From NCBI RefSeq assembly GCF_001194135.2, contig NC_069004.1, forward strand, positions 34,738,912-34,782,914: a DNA stretch of 44,003 nt, read 5' to 3'. Below are positions 24,800 to 37,180 of this stretch, piece after piece. The stretch's first letter is position 1. Every line of letters starts with the position of its first letter. The notes under the pieces were generated by a model that searched no databases, had not been told where the DNA came from, and saw nothing but the letters and a program-made list of their open reading frames with translations. Source of the DNA: Octopus bimaculoides. Taxonomy: Eukaryota. A program made the position numbers and the translations under genes.

Positions 24800-25027
24800 T
24801 AATGAATGAAAAAATGTATGGTAAATAAACAAACGACAATGTATTCTGAATGCACAAAGAATGGTCCGTAATTCTTCATCAGTTATCGACCAATTGGTTA
24901 TGTTCAGTTTCGCATACCAATTGGTCGATAACTGATGAAGAATTACGCATCTTGTTTGTCTCCCATTCGTTTTTACATTCTGTATACGTTATATCATTTG
25001 TTTATTTACCATACAGTTTTTTCAATT
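24800..25027. repeat. Fold-back element: perfect 32-bp inverted repeat (24867-24898 / 24916-24947) inside diverged outer arms
   Basis: CGTAATTCTTCATCAGTTATCGACCAATTGGT, a 17-nt loop, then its exact reverse complement. Outer arms GTATGGTAAATAAACAAA / TTTGTTTATTTACCATAC also pair. Confidence 0.95.
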
Positions 25028-25118
25028 AAAAGAGTCGCTTGAAACGGCCGTAATGAATCGACACCTGTACATCTTTGTTACGTTACTCATAATATATATA
25101 TACGTATATATATGTATG

Positions 25119-25149
<31 letters not shown>

Positions 25150-25686
25150 ATATGTATAAGGGAGGGGTATATATATGCAATGTATATATGTACATGTATG
25201 CAGTGTATATATGTATGTATGCATATATAAATAAAAGTATATATAAGTATACAAATATCATGGCACTGAAAAACGAACTCAATACAGGAGGGCGGTGATG
25301 GCGAAGAGGAGACCGACAAGGACAACGATCCCGACATCCCTCCACCACCATCACCCATCCCACACACCCCTACCAACCACCGACACGACGCTGGCGATGA
25401 ATTAGATAAACATTTCCGGTTGAGAGCACCGAACAGCTGTAGTGAAATGCCTACATAGAGCTGAACGTTCAATAAACACCAAGCCTGATTGCCACCCCTC
25501 CCCACATTTCCTTCCCAACTCATCGATCTCTATCGATAATACCTGCTGGAATCAATATTCTAACGCCGAGACTATCACCATACCACTAAGTCACGTGACA
25601 CCACTCCCGAATCTGAAATGTTATTAGTCAATCGATATGATTGATGATATTGAGGATAGAATTTGGGAATGGTATTGCAATTTCGG

Positions 25687-25727
<41 letters not shown>

Positions 25728-25910
25728 TGCGTGTTTATATCGATATGAGGTTTTTCAGATACATGTATCTGTACCCGTATATTTACATACAAACACACAT
25801 CTACATACAGGTATAAATAAGCATATGTTAATTCATATGCACACACACACATGCATATGCAAATATAGCTACATATCTACAAGCATGTATATATATGTAT
25901 GTGTGCATAG

Positions 25911-25943
<33 letters not shown>

Positions 25944-26436
25944 CGTGTACCTATGCATATATACATATACATATATATGTGTATGTACATGTATATGTAT
26001 ATGTATATATATGTACATAGGTATATATGTGTGAGCATATATGTGTGTGTATATATATATATANNNNNNNNNNNNNNNNNNNNNNNNNNNNNNNNNNNNN
26101 NNNNNNNNNNNNNNNNNNNNNNNNNNNNNNNNNNNNNNNNNNNNNNNNNNNNNNNNNNNNNNNNNNNNNNNNNNNNNNNNNNNNNNNNNNNNNNNNNNNN
26201 NNNNNNNNNNNNNNNNNNNNNNNNNNNNNNNNNNNNNNNNNNNNNNNNNNNNNNNNNNNNNNNNNNNNNNNNNNNNNNNNNNNNNNNNNNNNNNNNNNNN
26301 NNNNNNNNNNNNNNNNNNNNNNNNNNNNNNNNNNNNNNNNNNNNNNNNNNNNNNNNNNNNNNNNNNNNNNNNNNNNNNNNNNNNNNNNNNNNNNNNNNNN
26401 NNNNNNNNNNNNNNNNNNNNNNNNNNNNNNNNNNNN

Positions 26437-26479
<43 letters not shown>

Positions 26480-27072
26480 TGAATGGAAGTATTAAGATGG
26501 GAGACAGACAGGCACCATTCGGAGAGACCCGCGTGGCACAATTCATAGATTGCAGAAAACTGCATCACGCAATCAATAATTGAAGATATATTAACATATT
26601 AACAATTTGTCTACATCATTAGTAGATTAGTTATACACACGCAAACACATATACACCCACCACACACACACACACACTCACGCACTCAAATGTGTAGTCA
26701 TGCATACATACGCTTCTACATATCTATCTATCTGTCTGCCTGTCTGTCTCTCTCTCTCTCTGTCCATCCATCTATCTCGCGTTCGTCTCCTGGGTGGAGG
26801 TGTCAAGATATAATATGTTTGTAACGAAACCAAAATTCCGGATGCCACAGGAAGCTAGTGTTAGGTAATTTGGTGGACACTGGTGAGAAGCAGTGCTAAA
26901 TTACCTCCCCTTCCCTCACAACGATGTAAGCCAATTAGAACAGAACTTCAGGGCGGCGTTGGTGGCTGAACTAGATTCAACTGGTATCTAGACATCAATC
27001 TCAAATAATTGGTAGAAGTTATATTACCTGGTAACCATATTATATTCCCAGTTGAATAGTTATCAATACATT

Positions 27073-27174
27073 CATGTGCACACACACACATACACAAATA
27101 TATGAGTGGAGGACATGTGCACACACACATACACACACACACAAATATATGAGTGGAGGACATGTGCACACACA
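27073..27174. repeat. Tandem repeat of a ~41-47-bp unit (about 2.3 copies)
   Basis: CATGTGCACAC...CAAATATATGAGTGGAGGA at 27073-27113 and 27114-27160, plus a partial third copy. Confidence 0.9.
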
Positions 27175-27798
27175 TTACTTTTCTTTCTTGAGAAGAGCGT
27201 ACGCTCGAAACGTAATACTTTTCTTTCCATTTTTCCTAAGCGTAAACCTAATACATTTTTTATTCCCCACTCCTGAAACTCTTTCTTTCTCTCTCTCACT
27301 CACTCACTCACTCACACACACACTCACACACACACACACACATACACACACACATAATATCTATTATGGACGTACTGTGCTAAATGAATTAATGATATAT
27401 CAGTAGTAGACTAACACTCTGCAGCAGCGCAGGCGGGGTGCTTGACGTGCAATTCTGCCTTCTTGCGCTTCGTCAGCAACTCTAGTTTTTCGGATGATAT
27501 ACTAAAGTCGAAAACGTAATGTACCTTCCAGATTTTATAACAGCATTAAACAAGACTTTACTTGTGAATCTTCAATCTTTCTATGGTGACCTTCTTATCG
27601 TATTCACAAAGTAAATATATTACACAGGGCTGAAAAGGAAAATCGAAACGTTTTTAAAAGTTACTACGAATATGGATGAGTGTGGAGAGCAAAGTAAAAT
27701 GTTTCCGTCTATAAAGTCTTTCATCAGATACGTCTTGGTTTTATACAGAAAGTTGTAGCCTGATTAAACAGTTTCGTAGCATGGGATTATATTAGAAA

Positions 27799-27856
<58 letters not shown>

Positions 27857-28208
27857 TAATGTATATNNNNNNNNNNACACACACACACATATATATATAT
27901 TAATGTATATGCTCACATACGTCATATACAGTCTCATATGGAATTAGAGAACGATTTTCGTCGGTTATATATATATGTATGTGTGTGTGTGTGTGTGTGT
28001 AGATATAGAGAGATAAATTAGAAATAAGAACCTACACACACACATATATATATATATATACCTTATCTAACACGTTACATGCATCTTACTTATAGGCCCA
28101 CGTATCTATAGATATATTTTATATACATATTTTACAGACATAAACGCAAAAACGTATACATACATAAAAAAGCACACACGTTCATTCATACACAAACCAA
28201 ACGCACAA

Positions 28209-28289
<81 letters not shown>

Positions 28290-29029
28290 TACACACACAG
28301 ACATCTGCTGTACATTTCTGGCGAATGTTAAAAAGATTAAGAGCGGGAACAATTCAATTCTATAAGNNNNNNNNNNNNNNNNNNNNNNNNNNNNNNNNNN
28401 NNNNNNNNNNNNNNNNNNNNNNNNNNNNNNNNNNNNNNNNNNNNNNNNNNNNNNNNNNNNNNNNNNNNNNNNNNNNNNNNNNNNNNNNNNNNNNNNNNNN
28501 NNNNNNNNNNNNNNNNNNNNNNNNNNNNNNNNNNNNNNNNNNNNNNNNNNNNNNNNNNNNNNNNNNNNNNNNNNNNNNNNNNNNNNNNNNNNNNNNNNNN
28601 NNNNNNNNNNNNNNNNNNNNNNNNNNNNNNNNNNNNNNNNNNNNNNNNNNNNNNNNNNNNNNNNNNNNNNNNNNNNNNNNNNNNNNNNNNNNNNNNNNNN
28701 NNNNNNNNNNNNNNNNNNNNNNNNNNNNNNNNNNNNNNNNNNNNNNNNNNNNNNNNNNNNNNNNNNNNNNNNNNNNNNNNNNNNNNNNNNNNNNNNNNNN
28801 NNNNNNNNNNNNNNNNNNNNNNNNNNNNNNNNNNNNNNNNNNNNNNNNNNNNNNNNNNNNNNNNNNNNNNNNNNNNNNNNNNNNNNNNNNNNNNNNNNNN
28901 NNNNNNNNNNNNNNNNNNNNNNNNNNNNNNNNNNNNNNNNNNNNNNNNNNNNNNNNNNNNNNNNNNNNNNNNNNNNNNNNNNNNNNNNNNNNNNNNNNNN
29001 NNNNNNNNNNNNNNNNNNNNNNNNNNNNN

Positions 29030-29071
<42 letters not shown>

Positions 29072-30510
29072 CGCGATAGATAGTTATGCCGTATATTGTA
29101 TAACCATTATATATGAATTAAATACACACACACACATATATAGATGCATGGGAATGTTTTCATTTGCATATACGTATATAAATACATCGTACTTGTGATA
29201 TTAAACAAATATTTCTTCTAAATATACATTACAAAAACATACTATATAAATATATAACCATCTATATATACACCAGTTTCCCAGCCTCTCTCTCTCCCTC
29301 CCTCTCTCTCCTTGATACACAAACACGCACACGCACATATATATATATATACACACATATATATTTGTGTAAGTGTGTGTGTGTGTGTGTGTTCGTTCAT
29401 TTGTGTTTTAGGCAATGAATGAAAGAAACAATGTTTGAAGCAGATATATAAACATATTACATATGTATATATTTGCTATCAATGGATATGTAAATGTTTA
29501 TACACACACATACCCAGACTCAGTGCGCACATATTCAAACGCTCACAAACATCGTTTTATTAAGACTAACTTCGATATCACTATCACAATGTATATTAAA
29601 CTCAAAATTTTGAGTATTTTATTTAGTTTATTTCATGCACATTAAAGCTTTTTTTTTTAATGCACACTCAAACATATACACACATACATACAATCATGCA
29701 TACACAGATGCATATACATATGCACACACACACACACACACACACAGCTATACACAAACAAACACACATGTGTATACACGTGTTTGAATGTATGTGTGTG
29801 CGTATATATATANNNNNNNNNNNNNNNNNNNNNNNNNNNNNNNNNNNNNNNNNNNNNNNNNNNNNNNNNNNNNNNNNNNNNNNNNNNNNNNNNNNNNNNN
29901 NNNNNNNNNNNNNNNNNNNNNNNNNNNNNNNNNNNNNNNNNNNNNNNNNNNNNNNNNNNNNNNNNNNNNNNNNNNNNNNNNNNNNNNNNNNNNNNNNNNN
30001 NNNNNNNNNNNNNNNNNNNNNNNNNNNNNNNNNNNNNNNNNNNNNNNNNNNNNNNNNNNNNNNNNNNNNNNNNNNNNNNNNNNNNNNNNNNNNNNNNNNN
30101 NNNNNNNNNNNNNNNNNNNNNNNNNNNNNNNNNNNNNNNNNNNNNNNNNNNNNNNNNNNNNNNNNNNNNNNNNNNNNNNNNNNNNNNNNNNNNNNNNNNN
30201 NNNNNNNNNNNNNNNNNNNNNNNNNNNNNNNNNNNNNNNNNNNNNNNNNNNNNNNNNNNNNNNNNNNNNNNNNNNNNNNNNNNNNNNNNNNNNNNNNNNN
30301 NNNNNNNNNNNNNNNNNNNNNNNNNNNNNNNNNNNNNNNNNNNNNNNNNNNNNNNNNNNNNNNNNNNNNNNNNNNNNNNNNNNNNNNNNNNNNNNNNNNN
30401 NNNNNNNNNNNNNNNNNNNNNNNNNNNNNNNNNNNNNNNNNNNNNNNNTATATATATATATATATTAGCTCTATATGTGTATTAATGTAAATATATTATA
30501 TGTACATGTA

Positions 30511-30875
30511 TGGAGGTAACTTGCTTCCCAAATGCAGATTGCGAGTTCAGTTCTACAGCTCAGAACCTCAAGTAAGTGGTTTTTACAATAGCGTCCGGCT
30601 GATCGAAGCCTTGTGAGTAAATTTGGTAGACGGAAACTGAAAGAAGCCTGTCGCATGTATGTATATACCTATGTGAGTGTGTCTTTGAGCCTGTGTTTGT
30701 CCCACCACCACCACTGCTTGACAACAGGTGTTGGTGTGTTTACGTCCCCGTAATCTAGCGGTTCGACTAAAGGAACCGATAAAATAAGTACCAGGCTTTA
30801 AAAAAAAGAAGTAAGCACTAGGTGGTGCCCCAGCATGGCCGCAGTGAAATGACAGAAATTGAAAGGTAAAAGATA
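30511..30875 (+). mobile_element. SINE family A, near full length, diverged head
   Basis: TTGCTTCCCAA...GAGTTCAG...AAGCCTTGTGAGTAAATTTGGTAGACGGAAACTGAAAGAAGCC...GGTGCCCCAGCATGGCCGCAG...GTAAAAGA. Confidence 0.9.
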
Positions 30876-33451
30876 TACACTTTTATGAGCGTGTGTTTTA
30901 TATCTTCATGAATGTATGAATTTGTGCATCCATATTTGTATAAAGTTAGATATTTTTGTAATGATATTAATGTGTGTTATTTTCTTATTTTTGTTATCGA
31001 AATATGTGCGTGCATGTGTATATATAAGTGCATGTTTACCAGTATGCATATTTCTGTTATTCATACAGGCACACCGTTGACAAATGCTTAACAATTTCAT
31101 TTCAGTCACGTGGTCCTACAGTTGATTCCGTGTAGACGGAGCGAAACCTCATATCAACGTCGCGTCGACGCAAGCATTGTAAATGAAATAAGCAGACAGA
31201 TTGTCAAATGGAATGTATCTGATTTTTAAAATTCCCATCTTGTCACATGCAGTGACAAGGATTGCATTAATGGTAGCTACGATTATATCGAGTTAATACC
31301 CAACCACGCTTAAACAAATTCAATTAACGAATAAAACAGTTACTCAAAGTATTGAATACTCATCGTCGACATAGACAGCGAACCAGAATTTCAGCAGATC
31401 ACTGTCAAAGTGACATCACTTCTGTTTTATAGTCAAGACAGTTTGAAGGATTTTTTTAGTCTGTCTACGAGATAATAGTGTGTTTAGAAGCTTTTACCAA
31501 AGTAATGAATCTTTGCTGAGAATACGTTTGTGCGCGCGTGCGCGTGTGGCATATGCATAACAGTGACTCTAGGTTCATTCCAGGAAACTCATAAAGGAAA
31601 ATCTTTGGAATGCTTTGTAAGATATCACTCTCCCATTTATGTTCCGGATCTGAAAGCGGAGGCACGTCAGTTTGGTTTGCGCTTTCTTAAAAGAAAACCG
31701 TGGTACTTCAAAGTTTTTATGCAGATCTCAATTATAGATGTAAATGTAAGTGAACGTACAGTAGCGAGATCTAAACATTCTCCATTACTTTCGCCATAGA
31801 CGTTCGCTTGGACTTTCTGCTGGACAGCTGACCTCTACAACAGTGCATGCGTTTTATTTCTCTTTTCAGCGAACAATTACAAGTCTGCTATCCTTGCATC
31901 GGATTGTTATTAAAAAAAGGAATGTTCCACCAGAATTCCTTATTTTCAAAGGTCTGAACGCATTCCGGTTTTCGTGTGTGTTTCGTATGACCGTTGAAAC
32001 AATCCGTCTTGCGTATCAAATCTCACTCGCAGATACTTTCAGAAAGTAAAGAATTGTTACACCTCATAACTAGATCTCTTCGTGCCACAGTAAACCAATT
32101 TTGTATGTCATTTTGGCTTTCTACGCTTCTTTTTCATACACCCGAGATTGATTTGTATAGAAAAAAAAGCCGTCTTCGTACAAGCATCCACCAATTAGAT
32201 ATTCAGATATATTCATAGTGACGTTCCATTATGCAGCTTTGCCAGAGCTTTAGACAAAGTTCCAGAGAATATTGATGCTGATGTTAATATAGTGTCTGTC
32301 CTGGTTCTATCCAGCCATAATGTATTCCGGTCAAAATCCTACTTATCATTCCAGATCTTAGACCAAAATGGTTAAAAATCGTCTTAAGAAGGAGTCTTTT
32401 TAAAGAGATATTGTTTTCTTTCATCTTCCTCTACACGGTTCGGCTGCTGGAAGCGAAACCGTGGTCAATAATGGATCGTTGACGCAGTTTTTTTTTTTCT
32501 TTTTTAATAAAAATGTTTTTCACTCAACGTCTTGAATTCACGCTTTCTGAGATATTAATTTCCTCTCAAGTCTTTGGAATGAAGAATCTCGATAGATTCC
32601 GGTTAGAGTTTTCATAAGAGAGACTTGGTGTGATGTGAATATATTATTCACGAAAGCTAATATCACAGCATCTAAACGAATACGTACATGAAAGCATGCA
32701 TGTGTGTGTATATATCTATTTGTGTGCCAAAAAGTATGTATGTATACATACATTAAAAAATGCACCTGCAGCGCACGCGCGTAAAAGTTTCACCTATCTG
32801 TCTATTCATGCGTGACGGGTGGGAAAAGCCGTNNNNNNNNNNNNNNNNNNNNNNNNNNNNNNNNNNNNNNNNNNNNNNNNNNNNNNNNNNNNNNNNNNNN
32901 NNNNNNNNNNNNNNNNNNNNNNNNNNNNNNNNNNNNNNNNNNNNNNNNNNNNNNNNNNNNNNNNNNNNNNNNNNNNNNNNNNNNNNNNNNNNNNNNNNNN
33001 NNNNNNNNNNNNNNNNNNNNNNNNNNNNNNNNNNNNNNNNNNNNNNNNNNNNNNNNNNNNNNNNNNNNNNNNNNNNNNNNNNNNNNNNNNNNNNNNNNNN
33101 NNNNNNNNNNNNNNNNNNNNNNNNNCTGGTGAATGCGTTTATGTATCTGCTTTCACACACCAGTTAGTTGACCAATAGCAGCCGTGAAATAGTTTCAATT
33201 GAAAAACACCTCAACTTCTAACAAAATGGTGATGACGGTGGTAGTGGTGGTGTGCGTGGCTTTAATGCATTTGTTTCCGATGTTTGCGAAAATAAATATT
33301 CGTTCTGAACTACGTATAACTCATTCTTATATATATGATCATACACATATCTACCTCTCTCTCTCTCTCTCTCTCTCTATCTACCTATCTATCTGTCTGT
33401 CTAACTATCTGTGTATTTGTCTTTCTGTGTATCTATTTGTCTGTTTCTCTG

Positions 33452-33486
<35 letters not shown>

Positions 33487-33542
33487 GTCAGTCTATCTAT
33501 TTGTCTGTCTATCTATCCATCAATCCATCCATCCATCTACCA

Positions 33543-33750
33543 AAGGGAAATCGGTTGAGTAGAGTACCTTGTGGTGGTCATTCCCTCCTCTGCGCTTTGA
33601 CCTCAAATCACACCCCTGTCGAGATTTCTCACTGTTCCTGTCTTCCAAACCTTTTGGAATATATCGACTGTGGTGAAACCCAGAGAGGGATGGGCTTCTC
33701 CGGCACGTTTTAAATTACCTGCAGTACATCATTTAACCGGACGGCACACC
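33543..33750 (-). mobile_element. Decayed non-LTR (RTE-like) reverse transcriptase N-terminal fragment
   Basis: One minus frame reads TAGNLKRAGEAHPSLGFTTVDIFQKVWKTGTVRNLDRGVI*GQSAEEGMTTTRYSTQPISL, resembling ITAELLKAGGE...LFxxIWxxGxVPxDWxxGxIxPIxKKG...NYRPISL. Confidence 0.5.
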
Positions 33751-34191
33751 TCAAACTGTTGAGGTGCCAAGAAAGCATTATCTTTACACACATACATAGG
33801 TGTACAAATACACACACTAGTGTTTGTGCGTATTTGGGATTGGACGTGTCTGCATAATGATGCAACAGTATTAAGTGAAGTACGAGTTGCCGACCAAACT
33901 GCAGAAAACATTAAGATCTTATTAATTATTTCATTTCTTTCATATTTTCTAATATTTAGATTTCATTCTATATTCATTACAGCCATACACACCCCGACCC
34001 CCAATGTCTTTGTCTACGCTTTCTCATATGTGTGTGTGTGTGTGTGTGTGTGTGTATGCTTGTTTGTGTATGTGTGTTTACGTGTATATGTATCCATACA
34101 AATGCAAGCATTAGTGAGATTCGTATCTGTGTAAATGTATTTATGTCTATGTATGTACATATATATATACATATATATATGCGTGTGTATG

Positions 34192-34229
<38 letters not shown>

Positions 34230-34239
34230 NNNNNNNNNN

Positions 34240-34294
<55 letters not shown>

Positions 34295-34519
34295 CAGGTA
34301 AAAAGATATATGATAAATATACACATATTTACATACATATATTCATATATGCATACAGTAATACACACACACGTACATACACACGCACATACGTACATAT
34401 ATACATTTATACACGCACACACACATACATATATAAAACGATCACAAACTCGCCACTACTTTATACTATATCGCAAAAGTAATCTCTCTTACAGCTGTTT
34501 AATAGAGAGACATAAATAC

Positions 34520-34573
<54 letters not shown>

Positions 34574-35319
34574 TTTATTTTTCTGTTTACTTTGGTGTTT
34601 AAAAAAAATATATATATATATACATTTCGAAGTTTCTCGCCATTCTTTTTATTTCCTGTTTTATTTTTGTCTCTTTTGAATAATTTATTTTTGGTTCAGC
34701 TGTTAGAATTTGGTTTGTGTCTCGATTCAGCTTGGTTGTTTCGAGAGAAGTTTGCAAGTTGACTTTAATTTTTAATTCGTTTCACACNNNNNNNNNNNNN
34801 NNNNNNNNNNNNNNNNNNNNNNNNNNNNNNNNNNNNNNNNNNNNNNNNNNNNNNNNNNNNNNNNNNNNNNNNNNNNNNNNNNNNNNNNNNNNNNNNNNNN
34901 NNNNNNNNNNNNNNNNNNNNNNNNNNNNNNNNNNNNNNNNNNNNNNNNNNNNNNNNNNNNNNNNNNNNNNNNNNNNNNNNNNNNNNNNNNNNNNNNNNNN
35001 NNNNNNNNNNNNNNNNNNNNNNNNNNNNNNNNNNNNNNNNNNNNNNNNNNNNNNNNNNNNNNNNNNNNNNNNNNNNNNNNNNNNNNNNNNNNNNNNNNNN
35101 NNNNNNNNNNNNNNNNNNNNNNNNNNNNNNNNNNNNNNNNNNNNNNNNNNNNNNNNNNNNNNNNNNNNNNNNNNNNNNNNNNNNNNNNNNNNNNNNNNNN
35201 NNNNNNNNNNNNNNNNNNNNNNNNNNNNNNNNNNNNNNNNNNNNNNNNNNNNNNNNNNNNNNNNNNNNNNNNNNNNNNNNNNNNNNNNNNNNNNNNNNNN
35301 NNNNNNNNNNNNNNNNNNN

Positions 35320-35366
<47 letters not shown>

Positions 35367-36173
35367 CATACATGTATATACATATATATATATTTACAAA
35401 CACACACACGCACAAATATATGCATATGTTTGGATACACACAAGTATCAAAGTATGTGTATATCTATATAAATGTGAGTGTATATTTATATGTTTTTGTA
35501 TCATATATATATATATAATTATTATTATTAGATAATAAATCGTTTGGTTTATACCTGGTAGCTCACCGGTAAAGCATGATCACTTTCACAGTGTTCGTTG
35601 AGGATGTTATCAATGATAGAGGTGGAAGATGGAAGAAGAAGAGAATTTTTATTAATCACTACAATCGTTTCGACCCATCTGGAAAAAAAGATCCCACCAA
35701 AACTAACAGAGGGTGGTCACCTCTGCAAAACATTTGATTAAACTTCGGTTAAATTAGTGTTAATCTTGGTCTAGAACACAATAGCAAACCCCCTCCTCAC
35801 AAACTTTGATAAATACAAATGAAAAAAAGCTCTTACCCTGCGCCCTTGAACAAGATTTTGTCTATAGAGTTGTTGTAAAACAGTAAAAGTTGTAACTTAC
35901 CTAAAAGAGAAATAAAAATAACAGAATTTAAGAAAATATAGAAGAAATCGGAGATGAAAGACATTTATGGAACAGAAAACGATAATAGATATAGCAACTA
36001 AATATTTATTTGAAATATTAAAATAAGCGGAAAGGACAATCCAAAAATGAATTCCTCCACCTGGGAGTTCAACATTCAAAGAAAAACAACAAAATTCCTG
36101 CGTATCACAACCATTTCAACTGTCTTAAAATGAAGAAGGCAGGACACTTTGTTTGAGAAACACAGACAGACAG

Positions 36174-36213
<40 letters not shown>

Positions 36214-36339
36214 TAGACTCTCCTGACGACGTAGACTATCACAGGTGTTTCGTAATTGTTTGTTCATTTCTTGCTGAACATGCGCAGGTGATATGTTTGT
36301 AATGAACAAATGTGTGTGTTGTATACATCTGCTCATTGC

Positions 36340-36512
36340 CCTTCCACCAAATCGACATTGCCAGTACAGGTGCATGGTAAGCCACACATCATGGGTCGAC
36401 TTCATCGCTGAGCAACCTGAAATGAAGTGTCTTGCTCAAGATCACAACGCACCGCCCTTGTTGAGAATCGAAACCACGGTCTTGCAACCGTGAGTGCAAC
36501 ACAATGACTAGT
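36340..36512 (-). mobile_element. SINE family C (tRNA-derived), 5' part
   Basis: GCAACCTGAAATGAAGTGTCTTGCTCAAGATCACAACGCACC...GAATCGAAACCACGGTCTTGCAACCGTGAG; the reverse complement contains a box B-like GGTTTCGATTC. Confidence 0.8.
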
Positions 36513-36744
36513 ATATCGAGAATTATCACTTTCTCTCTCTCTATCTCTCTCTCTCACTACTCACCCACACGCTTTCTATTTGGGTTGACAAGGCTGCCAT
36601 TGGTTTCATGTGGGAAGAAATTTCTTAACAATTATCAGGCCTATTTTTCTCTACATGAAACCATTGGTAGCCTCGTTTTAACCCATCAAGAAAGGATATT
36701 TACCCATCAATGTCGTGTTGAGCACTCATTTTCAATGTTCAATA

Positions 36745-37044
36745 TTAGTGTGTACACGCGCAGTCCACGATTGTAAGGTCGTGAGTTCGATCCCTGGCGT
36801 CGCATCGTCCTTGTGCAAGATATTTTATTTCATGGTGCTCCAGCTGGCAAAAATGAGAGCTGTACCTGTAATTTAGTGGGACAGCCTTGTCATATTCCGT
36901 GTGTCATGCTAAATCTCGCCGAGAACTACGTTAAGGGTAAGCGTTTCTGTGGAGTATTCAGCCATTTGCCCTTTAATTTCACGTGCAGACTGTTTCGTTG
37001 ATCGAGTCGAGTGGAACACTCGTCGTTGCCACCGACGGAGTGCC
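36745..37044 (+). mobile_element. SINE family C, near full length
   Basis: GTAAGGTCGTGAGTTCGATCCC (box B)...CAGCTGGCAAAAATGAG...GAGAACTACGTTAAGGGT...ACCGACGGAGTGCC. Confidence 0.85.
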
Positions 37045-37059
37045 AGTTTCTTACTAAGA

Positions 37060-37180
37060 AGCAATAGATGGGATGGGCATGGCTGGCTGGCTGGCTGGCT
37101 GGCTTAATGGAATGGTTTCCATAAACGTCTGTTTGATCAACAACTTTACCTAGGGCTAAAAAAACAACACCAACAACAAC
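37060..37180 (+). mobile_element. Probable 3' end of octopod repeat family D with (AAC)n tail
   Basis: GGGATGGGCATGGCTGG...TTTGATCA...CCTAGGGCTAAA...CAACAACAAC. Recollection only. Confidence 0.35.

Noticed and set aside
24702-25065. 10-bp direct repeat AATCGACACC (24702-24711 and 25056-25065) as a Mutator-type TSD around the fold-back element
   Set aside because: The sequences just inside the two repeats are not inverted repeats of each other, and the hairpin is off-centre. Probably chance.
24926-25065. Hammerhead ribozyme built from CTGATGA (24932) and GAAACGGCCGTA (25041)
   Set aside because: It would need a ~100-nt stem II with almost no pairing, and stem I is out of register.
25271-25460. 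Acidic and proline-rich frame EGGDGEEETDKDNDPDIPPPPSP... as a phase-0 partner of MEHDQ
   Set aside because: The acceptor lacks a pyrimidine tract, there is no good donor, and the sequence looks like decayed trinucleotide repeats.
31239-31259. Small hairpins CTTGTCAC/GTGACAAG here and CACCTCAA/TTGAGGTG near 33746-33768
   Set aside because: Stems of 8-10 bp are expected by chance in this much sequence.
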